DNA from: Trypethelium eluteriae
Lineage: Eukaryota
DNA: 41,385 nucleotides
NCBI GenBank assembly: GCA_051942245.1
Contig: JAVECL010000162.1
Location: 1 to 41,385, forward strand
Direction of reading: 5' to 3'
Positions 11,894 through 23,764 of this stretch are shown here, in pieces. The notes below the pieces were generated by a model. It saw only the letters and a list, made by a program, of their open reading frames with translations. It was not told the DNA's origin and did not search any database. A program made the position numbers and the translations under genes. How positions within the stretch are numbered: position 1 is the first letter of the stretch; each line of letters begins with the position of its first letter.

Positions 11894-12976
11894 ATGCAGT
11901 TCTTCCAGGTCGCGCTTGCCCTCGCTTCGGCCGCGGGTATCGCCCAAGCTGTTCCCCAGGGAGTGAGCTCCGCCATTGCTCCTTCCCAGGCAGCCCCTGC
12001 TGGGTGCGCGCCCACTCACGCCGGCACCTTCAATATCGCCACTGTCAATGTTTCAACCGCGTCTTCATCGAAGCGCGATCTTGAGAAGCGCCAGTCCTCC
12101 GGCACCCTCACTCTCAACCTCAACAACGGTGTCCTCAAGGATCAGATTGGCCGCACTGGCTACATTGCCGCCAACTACCAGTATGTCTTTGTCTACTCAT
12201 GACACGTGAAACGCATGAAACACTGACCGTCAATCAACAGATTCCAGTTTGATGCTCCTCCCCAGACGGGCGCTATCTACACTGCTGGGTGGTCCGTCTG
12301 TGGTAATGGTTCGCTCGCTCTTGGTAGCTCCGCTATCTTCTATGCCTGCCAATCTGGAGGCTTCTACAATCTCTACAACACCAACTGGGCTCCACAGTGC
12401 TCTGCAATTTACATCCAAGCCGTTTCTGGCGGGTCTTCTGGCCAAGGTGGCGATGGCCAGCCCACTGCTGGTTCCGTTCTCCCCTCAGTGACTGAGAAGT
12501 CCGAGGGACAACCTGGCGCCACCAGCGTTGCTTCCAGTCTTGTCAGCGAGAAATCTGAGGGCCAGCCCATTGGCACCACCGTCGGCACTTTGGTTACCCA
12601 GGCTTCTGATGGCCAGCCGGTGATGCCAACTGCTGTCAGCCAAATCAGTGACGGCCAGCCACAGGCACCTGCTCCTATCACCACCTCTATCCCCATCGTC
12701 TCCGAGAAGTCTGAGGGACAGCCGGTCGCCAGTTCTGCTGCCGCTTCCGTTGCTTCTACCCCCGCCGCTTCTGGACCCGCTTCCGCTACCCCAGTCGTGT
12801 CAGAGAAATCAGAGGGTCAGCCCGTTGCTACTGCTGCATCCAACGGCACCTTCACCAGCGCCACTCGTCCGTCGACATCTACCCCTGCTGCCCAAACCGT
12901 CGCTGGCGCCGCCCATGTCAGCTACAACATGTTTGGGTTGGCTGCCGGTGTCGTTGGTGCTATGGCGCTCTTGTAA
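11894..12976 (+). CDS. PIR/Cis3-like covalently linked cell-wall mannoprotein with GPI-like tail; exons 11894-12180, 12241-12976 (340 aa)
   Basis: Signal peptide and KR sites. PIR Cys domain '[57 protein letters not shown]..QC'. PIR repeat SQISDGQPQA. Hydrophobic C-terminus. Confidence 0.92.
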
Positions 12977-14158
12977 ACAAAAAAAAATTTGCTCAGCGCG
13001 CTCTCATGATGTTTTGAATGCATTTCTGGCCAGCAGGGTTAATGGAAGGCGAAAACCTGGATTTGGAGGTGACTGCTCGGCAACGATTCTTCATGTATCT
13101 ACGTTTCTGATGAGGGCATTGCGGTCGGCAATTGCATTCCTGGAACACAGGCCAAATAATAATTGATAATACTAAAGATCGCCATCTAGCGATAGGTTGA
13201 TGTTGTGTACCGTTTTCTCTAGACATCTCTCTCATTACAACCGCATCTTAGATACTCAATAGATGTAGCAATTATTGGACGAACCCCACAATTATGCCGC
13301 TGCTTAGCTAATTCTGTAAGATGGCGTTGCCTGTGCTTCTTGTTAGGCTATTTGCCTTCTATTGAATACACTGAACGAGTTTAGCTCTCAATATCGCGTA
13401 AGATCCCGTTGAAGTGGGCTCCACAGTTTCTTTCCGTCTCCACTTAAACATCTCCTTCCCTCTCTCGCCTCTGAGAATTGCATTTTAGAGACACGCAATT
13501 CATTCAAACTAGCTCCTCCGATCAGCAGCAGGCAGCTGTAAGATCATCGAGCATCCCCCGCTCTTGACATCATTGTGCAATGCAGCTTGCCGATCCTTCA
13601 AAGGGTCCAGATCCAAATTGGCGTGGCACCAGCGCACCACTGCATCTTAGTGCGGAGCTCCTCAGCTTAGCCATGACGGGAGCCATTTTGCGGAGACGGC
13701 TCTCATTCAAGGAACATCCTCGAGGAAAGCCGGTACGCTCGTGCTAATCCAGAACCAATCATGGCCTTTTCGTAACGTTGAGGAGAAGCTGAATTTGCCG
13801 GAACCTTCAAAGACTGAAACAAGTTAAAGCGGAAATCTCCTCGCCGAGGTTCAGCTGTATGGTACGGAGTACACTCGGACAGTAGCCATCGGCGATAGAC
13901 ATCATCGCTGGAATCAAGTCACTTGGCTGTCGTGGGTTTGACTAGCCTTATCGCAGAGCCACAAGCGCTCTAACCAGCAAATCTGAAACGCCTACAAGCG
14001 CCCGAAAGAGGTATGGCTGGAGGATGCTTTTCTGTAAAACCATCTCACAAATACAACGAGCCATAGTTGTACTTGGAGATGGGTTGAAAGATGAAGCGGC
14101 AGTACGGACGAAGCCGAGCATTCGAGCCGATGCAATCAATGAAGCATACAGGACTTCA

Positions 14159-14166
14159 TTTAGCCG
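14159..14166 (-). promoter_or_regulatory. Putative XlnR/Xyr1 binding site (CGGCTAAA) upstream of the beta-xylosidase
   Basis: TTTAGCCG on the + strand, ~140 nt before ATG 14305, matches the GGCTAAA consensus. Short motif that could occur by chance. Confidence 0.45.
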
Positions 14167-14304
14167 ACAAGTTCACGAAGGCACTCATGGAGATGCTGGA
14201 AGTACCCAGAGGTATGTCTGCAGTGAAAAAAGGTGCACAATCTTCCTTTTTCAGGAATATCTTGCTTCTTTCCTAATTCTTCCTTTCTTGAACATCGTAC
14301 CAAA

Positions 14305-17132
14305 ATGTGGTCCTCAAGTTTTATTGGTCCACTTGCAGGACTCTTGGTATCTCACCTCTCCCTCATTCCAGCTGTCTCGGCAGCCAATTCTAGCTGCTCC
14401 GCCTCTGGCAATGCAGCATATACAGCTTCTTATTTGGATCTTGGATGCTACACCGATAGCACAACGAGGACCCTTGATGGGAGGGAAATTGTACCTGGGA
14501 GTTTGAACTCTCCCCAGTACTGCGCGAATTTGTGTGGTTTGCTCGGATACAATTACAGTGGCGTCGAATACACGACGTAAGATGTCCACGAAATCCTGCC
14601 CGGCTACTGATGATTAACAAGAGAACGAAGTCAATGTTTTTGTGGTAACACGGTTGCTGGAGTCGCAAAAAAAGCAAACGAGAGCTCTTGCAACGATGCG
14701 TGTCCGGGCAACTCATCCGCTTCATGTGGAGGTACTTACTTGTAGGTGTTTTTGGAGCTCCCCATTTCTGACTCGAGACCGATGTGATCTGTACTAATCT
14801 ATCCAATTACAGCATGAATCTTTACCAAATTACAAACCCGCAAACGCAGAATAGTGGCTCTTCTGTTGGGGCTTGCAGCCTGGCCCCCCTCTGTGCCAAT
14901 AAGGTCTGCGATAAATCTCTTCCTATTGAGGATCGTGTCGCGGGCTTGATATCTTCTTTGACACTTGAAGAGAAGGTTAGTAACCTGGTCGATTCTGCGG
15001 CTGGTTCTCTCCGACTGGGCCTGATGCCGTATGAATGGTGGAGTGAAGCGCTTCATGGAGTGGCAGAGAGTCCCGGAGTTTCTTTCAATTCACCCAATGG
15101 ATCAGATTTTAGTTATGCCACGAGTTTTCCCATGCCCATTCTGATGTCAGCCGCTTTCGATGATCCCCTGATCAACGCTGTGGCAAGTGTGGTGGGCAAG
15201 GAGGCACGGGCTTTTGCCAATAATGGACACGCGGGATTCGACTTTTGGACTCCCAACATCAACCCCTTCCGAGATCCTCGCTGGGGAAGGGGATTAGAGA
15301 CACCAGGGGAAGATGCTTTCCATGTCCAGCGATACATCGAAAATTTGATCCCTGGCCTCCAAGGAGGCCTCGACGATCCCTCACAAAAACAGATTATCGC
15401 AACCTGCAAGCATTACGCCGTGTATGATATCGAGACGAACCGCACCAGTAACAACCTCGATCCTACGCAGCAAGATCTTGGTGAATATTATCTGGCTCCT
15501 TTTAAAACTTGTGTTCGAGACGTTGCAGTTGGCAGCGTCATGTGCGCTTACAATGCCGTAGATGGTATTCCCTCTTGTGCGAGCGAGTATCTTCTCCAAG
15601 ACGTTCTACGCGAAGCTTGGAACTTCTCGTCTCCGTACAATTATGTAACGTCCGATTGCGATGCCATTGGGAACATATACAACTCGCACCATTTCGTTGA
15701 CAGCAACGACGCAGGCGCTGCAGTCGCACTCAATGCTGGGACTGACCTGGATTGTGGAACAACGTACTTGAACCTCAACGCATCCGTTGCAATGAACCAG
15801 ACAACGGTGGCTAATGTCGATCGAGCGCTAACAAGACTTTATAATGCTCTGTTTTCGATAGGATATTTTGATGGTAACTCACCGTTCGGCTCTCTGAATT
15901 GGTCCGATGTCAGCACTCCAGCATCTCAATCTTTAGCATATGAAGCGGCTGTCGAAGGTATGACACTCTTGAAGAACGATGGAACACTGCCGGTTAGCAA
16001 GAATGTCTCAAAAGTCGCTGTCATTGGTCCCTGGGCGAACGCCACAACTCAAATGCAAGGCAATTATGAAGGAGTTGCGCCGTATCTCAACAGTCCATTG
16101 GAGGCTTTTCAGAGCCATTGGGCCAATGTTCAGTACGTCAATGGAACAGGCATCAACTCAACAGATACATCAGGTTTTGCTGCTGCGGTTGCTGCTGCCA
16201 AGTCGGCAGACCTTACCATCTATCTGGGAGGAATTGATACAACTATCGAGGCGGAAGGCATGGATCGGACATCCATTGTTTGGCCTGGCAATCAGCTCGA
16301 TCTTATTGGTCAACTAGCAAATTCGAGCAAAGCACTTGTCGTAGTCCAGTTTGGTGGTGGACAGGTCGACGACACTGCGATTTTGTCCAACAAACAAGTC
16401 AACTCTCTCGTTTGGGGCGGCTATCCAGGCCAAGATGGAGGCTACGCCATTCTCGACGTCCTGACCGGCACCAAATCCATTGCCGGCAGACTCCCCGTCA
16501 CTCAGTATCCCGCGAACTACACTTCAGCGGTAACGAAATACGAAATGGACCTCCGACCAAACAGCTCCTATCCCGGCCGCACCTACAAGTGGTACACCGG
16601 CACCCCCATCATCCCCTTCGGCTACGGCCTACACTACACCAACTTTTCCTTCTCCTGGTCCTCCACCCCTCAGCCCTCCTACGACATCAGCAGCCTGATC
16701 AGCGCCTCCACCACAACCTACAAAGACACCGCCCCCTTCACCACCGTCACCGCCTCCATCACCAACGCCGGCGGCCTCGCCAACCTCGGCTCGGACTACG
16801 TCGCCCTCCTCTTCCTCTCCACCAGCAACGCCGGGCCCGCGCCCTACCCCAACAAATCGCTCGTCTCGTACGCGCGCGCGCACGACATCGCGGTCGGCAG
16901 CTCGCAAACCGTAAACCTGCCGCTCACGCTGGGGTCGCTGGCGCGCGCCGACGAGAACGGCGACTTGGTTCTGTATCCCGGCGAGTATGTGCTGGAGCTG
17001 GATGTCGATGCGAAGTTGAGGGTGGAGTTTGCGTTGACGGGGAGTGCGGCGGTGGTGGATGCGCTGCCGAGGAGGGCGGGGAGCTATAATTTTACGGTGC
17101 CGGTGTATCCGCAGGGGCCGACGAGTGGCTGA
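14305..17132 (+). CDS. Secreted GH3 beta-xylosidase (BxlB/XlnD-like) with N-terminal WSC domain; exons 14305-14576, 14631-14741, 14813-17132 (900 aa)
   Basis: WSC pattern LGCYTD..C...C...GY.YSGVEYT.QCFCGN..C...CPGN...CGG. GH3 motifs WWSEALHG, ATSFP, PNINPFRDPRWGRG.ETPGED, KHYA, nucleophile VTSDCDA, PFGYGLHYT. Both introns are in frame. Confidence 0.95.
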
Positions 17133-17797
17133 GAGTTTGGTGGGTTGTTTTGAAGAGGGAGAGGGATGAAGGATGAAGCGTTGTGTGGGTTCACTTCTTG
17201 TCGGTAAGCGACTCTCAGATTTGCATACTCCTAACACGTTGCGGCACCCTTTAATGTAGCTGGCAAAATATTCGGAAAGGCTTAACGTACCTTTGATTGG
17301 GCGTTTCAAAGGGAAATACTTACATTCTTGTTCTCATAATTCACCTGGGCCTCTACTGACAGGGGCTTCTGTCTAACTGAGATTTGCAGGAGTTGTGCAC
17401 TATAAAACTGAAAGAGAATAGTGAAATACCTCCCAAACATAGTTTAGCTTCATCTCCAACTTAATGGCAAGGTGGACAGGACCTATTCCATACTCTTTTG
17501 CCTACCTACATCGCCGCAGAAGCCACTTCATCTCTAAGTAGCAGTCCCAAAGACCAGGAAGCTACTTTCAGAATTGGCTGTGCATATCTCTGAGATTACC
17601 TTCAAACGTATTCTACAACGTTGAACGTCGAAGAATGTTTGATCCTCAATGAATTATACTGGACGGAACACACGTACCTAAGCTGATTAGTACAACGGAC
17701 GCAATGATTAGAAACGATCTAGATTCGAGAAAAGGTTACCCTTGAGAGTAGCTCGAATATCAACTTCGCCACAAAGACGCATTCTAGACCCAACCAA

Positions 17798-18984
17798 TCA
17801 TACACTATTGCGGCGATCTGTGCAGCTGCGCCCAGTGGCTTCGAGTTCGTGGACGGCCAGCGGTGCTGCAAGCTCATGGGGCATGCCCTTCCCCAATTCC
17901 TTGGCTTCTTCAGTTGCAGGGAGTTCAACTCTCTCACCCCCATACGCCGGATTGCCTTTACGGTTAGATGCTTCTAGCTCCGGCTTCCTATATTCCCCAA
18001 ATGTCTGGTATTCTCCTAACCTTCCCTTTCTTCGGCGTCGGAGCAGACTCATCAGCAACGCGACTACTGCTAGGATTAAGACAGCGATGGCGACGCCGAT
18101 TGCGGCTTCGGTACCAGGTCGGAGATTACCTTCGTGCTGTGGCGAATTGGGTGCGACCGGCGACGATAAATACGATGTTCTCGAGGATGCTGCTGTGCTG
18201 ATGGACAATCGATCTGAGTCTTTCCAGTACATCGCAACTATCGGTGCAAACACTGTCACCTGTTCCATGGTCCCGAAGGCCGCGGAGGAGGCGACGGTGG
18301 TTGTGACATTTGAACCATCTTTCTGGTAGGTCTCCACCCCGTAAGACGTCCACTCAGAGGTTATTACCGGCGGGACAGTCAATATCGCACTAGGTTGCGT
18401 TCCACAAAGTTTCGTCGCGGTAATAGAGCCAGCCCAACCGAATGAAATGCAACTCGCACCGCTGATATCTTGAGCTTCAAAACAGCTATAGGAGCTGACA
18501 GAGCATATATGAGCATTTCTAAACGTTGCCGCAAAGGACAATAAGTGGCGGATAAGAAATACCTTGGACAACAACTCGCAGCAGTCTCGCCTGCAACAGG
18601 AGGGTTTACGATGGAAAATTGCATTTCTTTGGGAGCCGGGGACTCCGTCCCATTTGAAAACCGAGCGGATAGACAAGCAGTTGTGTGACCAGCGGGACAA
18701 TATAGACCTGGAGAGTACTTCGAATACCCGAACCAGCCATCGGCTGTGGCTAAGACGGATGGTAAGGAGGAAGGGGCACAGCTCGGATCGTCCATTGGAT
18801 ACGCATTGAAACATGACGCAGCTTGAAAGTACGAAGAAGGAGCTTCATCGAAATATGCAGAGGACGGATTTGCAATGAACACATAGGTGTTTGAACAGGA
18901 GGATGGTGGCGTGAAAGTCGTTGTCAATGGCCCCAGGACTGGGGCACTTAAGACGAGTGGACCGGACATGGTTGGAGTCTCCAT
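17798..18984 (-). CDS. Single-pass membrane protein with Cys-containing Ser/Thr ectodomain; exons 18984-18563, 18494-17798 (372 aa)
   Basis: PLTTTFTPPSSC..YSPGLYCPAGHTTAC..GETAASCCPS|SYSC. TM segment AAIGVAIAVLILAVVALLMSLL followed by RRRRK. Intron GTATTT..CAG joins two ORFs in frame. Start codon uncertain. Confidence 0.8.
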
Positions 18985-19550
18985 TATATTGCTAGTAGAG
19001 GCCGGAAGATAGGTTTTAGAGAGAGGCCGATAGACTGACAATTTAAAGGGCAGAAATGAGTAGGAAATTACAGTTGCCATGCTATTTTTGAAGTCCGATC
19101 GCGTAGGCAGGCTATGTCACGGAAAAATGGAGGAGAAGGCTTAGCAGGGATGCATGATTTCGCCTGAGGCCAAGATCTTGAAATAGTGATTGCAACCCTC
19201 CTTCCTTTCATTAGTTCAATGGACAGTCAGGATGGCATTGAGATAATTTGGAAAAGGAAGTTCTGGACACTCGGTACATCAAAACTTAACTTCGTCGTTC
19301 CTGTACGGTCGCTTACCCTCTTCATTTTCCACGATCCGTTGCGCACGAACAACTCGAATGAGAGTGCTGTTAGCATCCTCGTGTTAGGATAGATTATCCC
19401 TTGAGCTGGTGCGGCGGTCTGCCTTGCACGTACGTTTTTTGTATGAGGATTTCGCGATTTTGTGGCAGGACACCTCGTGCATGTAAATTGACCTACTTGG
19501 ATGTTATCTGAAGCTGTTTCTGAGGTAGAGTATAGTACCTTAGTGATCTA

Positions 19551-19829
19551 CAGTCACCCCGCCACCCCGCATTAGTCTCCTAACACTCCCGCCATCCCTT
19601 ACCAAAACCTGATTACTTTAACTATTTTTTATTCAATAAATCAGGAGACAATCATTATTAAATTTATGTTGGAGTTATAACTCGAAGCTGTAAAAATACA
19701 AAAAAAAAAAAAGATTTCACATATAATTTTATTTTTTGATAGTCAATTAAAGTTTTTATTTTGTACCCTCACCTATTTTGGGTGAGGCGTGGGGATTTTG
19801 TATGTCGGGAAACTAATGCGCTAGTACTG
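19551..19829. mobile_element. Putative non-autonomous Tc1/mariner-type MITE (279 bp)
   Basis: TA|CAGT...ACTG|TA ends. Imperfect inverted repeat CGCATTAGTCTCCTAACA (19568-19585) versus the reverse complement of 19803-19820, CGCATTAGTTTCCCGACA. Very AT-rich non-coding interior. Confidence 0.65.
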
Positions 19830-20556
19830 TAACGGAAGAGAGGATATCACTCCGCCTCAACATTAATCAACATATTTTGCACTGTGTTCATGGATGCATC
19901 ACTCGTTCTCAATCAATCACTTCCAACAGTCCTGACCTACAAGTCCAGATGCCGATGTCGATCCGCCGCCTTCTCTCATGATTCCCTCCAATCTACCGTC
20001 ACACTCCTTAGATTACGAATTGTCAAGCTCATCTTTCACGAGCCTGCAGAGGCAAGCATCGATACTTGGTCATTTGGTTCTCTTGTGTGGGACCAGTCGA
20101 TTCGGATCTCGCTCTTGTGCGTGGAGTGCATGAACAACGAAGAGCGGAACGATGTGGACGATGATTGTCTTGGATGGTTGAGCTCTCATTGACGGGGAGT
20201 GTGAAATGCACTGCCGAGGCAGGCGGGCAGCTCTTGAATTTACTGTGCCTATGCATCTGCAGGGACTGAGGATGAGATGATGGTCAACATGTTGTTTGAA
20301 GAAATGCAGTAAGTAAAATGAGGTAATCTAGGGTTTGACCTGCCAGAGCGGGTAAGTCTGAGAGTCTGTTAAATCCTTTTCATTATCTCTTACTATAAAT
20401 ATGAGACCTAAATGTTGGCAGTGATACCAGATATCTGATGCAGCTTATGATTAGTACCGCTGGACAGCCAACTAAATCTCTGACTGACCGATTGGTGTCT
20501 GCAATTCCATGTTGCCTTGCTTTTGCGGTAAAGTTGCCTTCAATCTATTCACTGTT

Positions 20557-20699
20557 GTTATGGTTTTTCCATGTCTGAATTTCCTTCATTTATCAAATGG
20601 AGTCTGAAAAGAAAGAGTATCTGTTGTTTTCTGCAGGAATAATTAAAATATTAGTGTCCTGTCTGCATCGATTGGCCACAGTATGACGATAATGAGCTC
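20557..20699 (+). repeat. 143-bp direct repeat, copy 1
   Basis: Ungapped match to 24351-24493 with about 20 mismatches by manual alignment. Confidence 0.92.
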
Positions 20700-21104
20700 G
20701 TCTCTTGCATAGCAACGACATGCGCCATGTCCCACCATAGAGAAATGGCATGGAGACCCTCTCAACTGTCGGCCGTCCCCGGAAAAACCCTGGGCTTCTT
20801 TCTTGTTGGATGCTCTGATCTAGCTAAGAAATATGAAGCTTAGCACGCTTCTGCGAGAATGTTAACTATACTAAACGTTATATCACCAACGTGTCTACCG
20901 AAGGCCAAGTTAAACCAAGTCAAACATCGACACTTGGATCAAATAGTTCACGCACACTATCTTGTGCATCCGGGTCCAGTCAAGAAAATGAGCCTGTTGA
21001 AAAGAACGGTCGAAGAAAGCCACCGTCGAAAGGGAAACAAACGTCAGGTAATTGCTTAGATCTACAACATAAGCTTCCTAGTCTATCCGATATCCCACTC
21101 CTGC

Positions 21105-22110
21105 CTACGCCACCCACCCCTCCCTCTTCATCACCTCCGCAGTCCATCCCTCTAACTTCTCCGCCAGCCCTTCATCCTTCGCCAACGAACTGCGCCAGCC
21201 CTTCGCATCCGCAATCCGCTGAAAATACGCGCCACTCTCTTCACGCTTCAGTTCGCCCGCCGCACAATACACGCTCGTCCACGCACCCGTATCACCATCG
21301 ATCATCCCTCCCATCTTCCCATACACTCCAAAGACCAACCTCATATAAAGAGGTGCCTGAGCATTCGAGCCGATGTTGCTCTCTACATAGCCGGGATGCA
21401 CAGTAGTTGTCCAGATCTCGCCTTCTCCCTTTTGAGCTGAAGGAGACGAGGGTCCGTAGCGAGAATGTAGGATGGTGGTGTGTAGCACATTCGCGAGTTT
21501 CGACTGCCCGTATCGTGCCATGGGGGTTTCGTTGGGAAGGGAGGGGTCGGAAAGATTGATGCCGCCTTTTGGAGCAGCGTAGTGGCCTGAAGAGGAGAGG
21601 TTGACAATGCGGACGCTGCCCGCAGGGAGAGATTTTGAGGTGGAGAGGAGGAGGGGTAAGAGGTGGGATGTTAGGACCCAATGCGCGAGGTAGTTGGTTT
21701 GGAATTGGGCTTCGTGTCCGTCAGCGGTGATGGAGCGGGGAGTGGCCATGATGCCGGCATTGTTGATGAGCCCGTGCAGGGAGGTCTCCAGGGAGAGGAA
21801 GTGCTTTGCTGCGGAGACGACCGAGGAGAGGGAGAGATGGTCTATTTCGAGGAGGGTGATGTTGGCGTTTGAGTATGTTGAGCGGATGTCGGCGATCGCC
21901 TTGTCGCCTTTGGTCTGTGAGCGAGCACACAAGTAGACGTGGGCGCCATGCTGCGCTAAGCGAGCCACAGTATAGTAGCCTCTGTGCTGATATTAACTGA
22001 TGCCACATCACTTCGATCGATCAAGAGGGTCCTCACATGCCAGAGGTGCCGCCCGTAACGATGTACACTTTTCCTGTAAGGTCGGGTAAAGAATCAGGGT
22101 GGAAAGTCAT
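21105..22110 (-). CDS. Short-chain dehydrogenase/reductase (retinol-dehydrogenase/WWOX-like); exons 22110-22037, 21981-21105 (316 aa)
   Basis: MTFHPDSLPDLTGKVYIVTGGTSGI|GYYTV (TGxxxGIG), LINNAGIM, QFQTNYLAH, RIVNLSS, catalytic YGQSK, VHPG. Confidence 0.95.
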
Positions 22111-22651
22111 GTCGATGGGAATCTTCTTGGATGTAACTGGACTACAGTAGATGGTTCCGACGACAAGAATGAAATGTTGATGACATCGAAGCATACGGAG
22201 GGAGAACGAGATTTATATGCGAATGCTGAGTATGGGAAGCCATCGCCGTAGGGATTCATGAAAGTCCTTGTCACGATCACAGCCACCTTGCTTGACTCGA
22301 TTCCAACCTCTCAAGCGTCAGCTCACTTACCTGGTCTGGAAGATAACCTATGCAAAACATGATTCTGAGCATTGAGGTCAGAGTTTCTTCGTTTACGCGT
22401 ACGGCCGAATTTGTTATATCGGCCTTGAAGCGGGATAGCGCGGCTGTAAGCCAGCTGCATGAAGCTAGAGTGCATCTGGCTAGACCGAGAATCAGCCTCG
22501 AAACCAACGCATCTCACTCGCTCTCGTCTCTCTTCTCACCGTTAACTTTGGTGTCACAGGCTTTCCTTTTCTTCCCTTCTTATGACTCTTCTCTCTACCG
22601 TCGCTTTGATTAGAATGAAAAGGCGTTTTTGCAAATGCGATGTCGTATGTC

Positions 22652-23764
22652 ATGTCAGGGATCCCAACTATATCCATGCGGCAGCTAGTCGGGGTAATTC
22701 ACTCCCGCCATAACATCTCAGCATTCTCCTTTAACAATCTGCTGATATCGAGTAGGCTGTCGATGACGATGATGATTGGACTGGGATGACAGACCGGGCT
22801 GCTCGAAAGAAAAGACAGAACAGACTGAATGTCCGGGCATATCGTGAGTTAATTTCACCTCTTTCTCGGAACAAAAGACATATTGCGATAGCATAGCGCT
22901 TCATTCAATTCCCTCCTGCGATCCTCACCATGACTACCATCATGCACTTTCAAGTACTTATACCATTAAGGGAAAAGAAAAGCGCTTGCCGCAAAAGACC
23001 GGTCCGCCGCTCCGCGGATGAACCAGTCAGATACCCCAAATTATACTGCAGAAGACAACTCCGAACACTCGACGCCATGCTGGATCGAGAATGAACAAGC
23101 CATATGTCACCTCCCCGTCTCGCGTGTCAAGGACATTCAGCCCCTCAAACGCGCGCTACTTCCCCGCACAACGACCCAATCCTACCCCGAACGCCAATTC
23201 GCCGCAATGGCGTCGCAAATCATCTTTCCTCTAGCCCCCGACCATCTTATTACCCTTGTTCAGTACAATGTCCTACGTGCCTGCCTCGTTAACCGCGAGC
23301 TTGTGTTTGGTTCTTCGCCTCCAGATGCTAAGGACTGCTCATCGCCTGCGCTTCATCCGTCTGCTACTTCCTCTCTCCTCCCCGAACACTTACCCCCTGA
23401 TCTTCGCGCGACATCCCTGCAGCTAACTGTTCCGCATGAGCCGTGGATCGATACCATCCCTCATCCTGGCTGGAGGGACAATCTCATCCGCCTCTCTGGT
23501 ACCTACGATGAGGATGACCTCTGGAGCGACACTATAGGAGGACTGTTCGAAGGGTTTTCCGGTGATGAAAGTCAACGGAGGGGAGTGATTGCCTGGAACC
23601 CGGCGTGGAACATCGGTGGATGGGAGATGGGTGAAGGATTCTGGTGGAAGTGGGGGTGGACGATGAGTGGTTGCGAGGGCGTGTTGGAGGCGACGAATCG
23701 GTGGAGGAGGATGAGAGGAGAAATGCCGCTTGAGCACTGCTGCTCTGATGCCCGTAAGGTATGA
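22652..23764 (+). CDS. bZIP-like basic-region transcription factor with DUF3425-type C-terminal domain; exons 22652-22693, 22756-22843, 22971-23764 (307 aa; alternative ATG 22640)
   Basis: Spliced N-terminus DDDWTGMTDRAARKKRQNRLNVRAYR|KRK. C-terminal DHLITLVQYNVLRA, LPPDL.AT.LQ..VPHEPWID.IPHP.WRDNLI, W...W...GWE..EGF..KWGW, ATNRWR..RGE.PL. Confidence 0.9.

Noticed and set aside
16280..17309. 269-aa (+) and 226-aa (-) ORFs and a GC shift in the 3' third of the GH3 gene
   Set aside because: Explained by high GC at third codon positions. A similar C-rich then G-rich 3' drift occurs in the kinase and SDR genes, so it is not evidence of a chimera.
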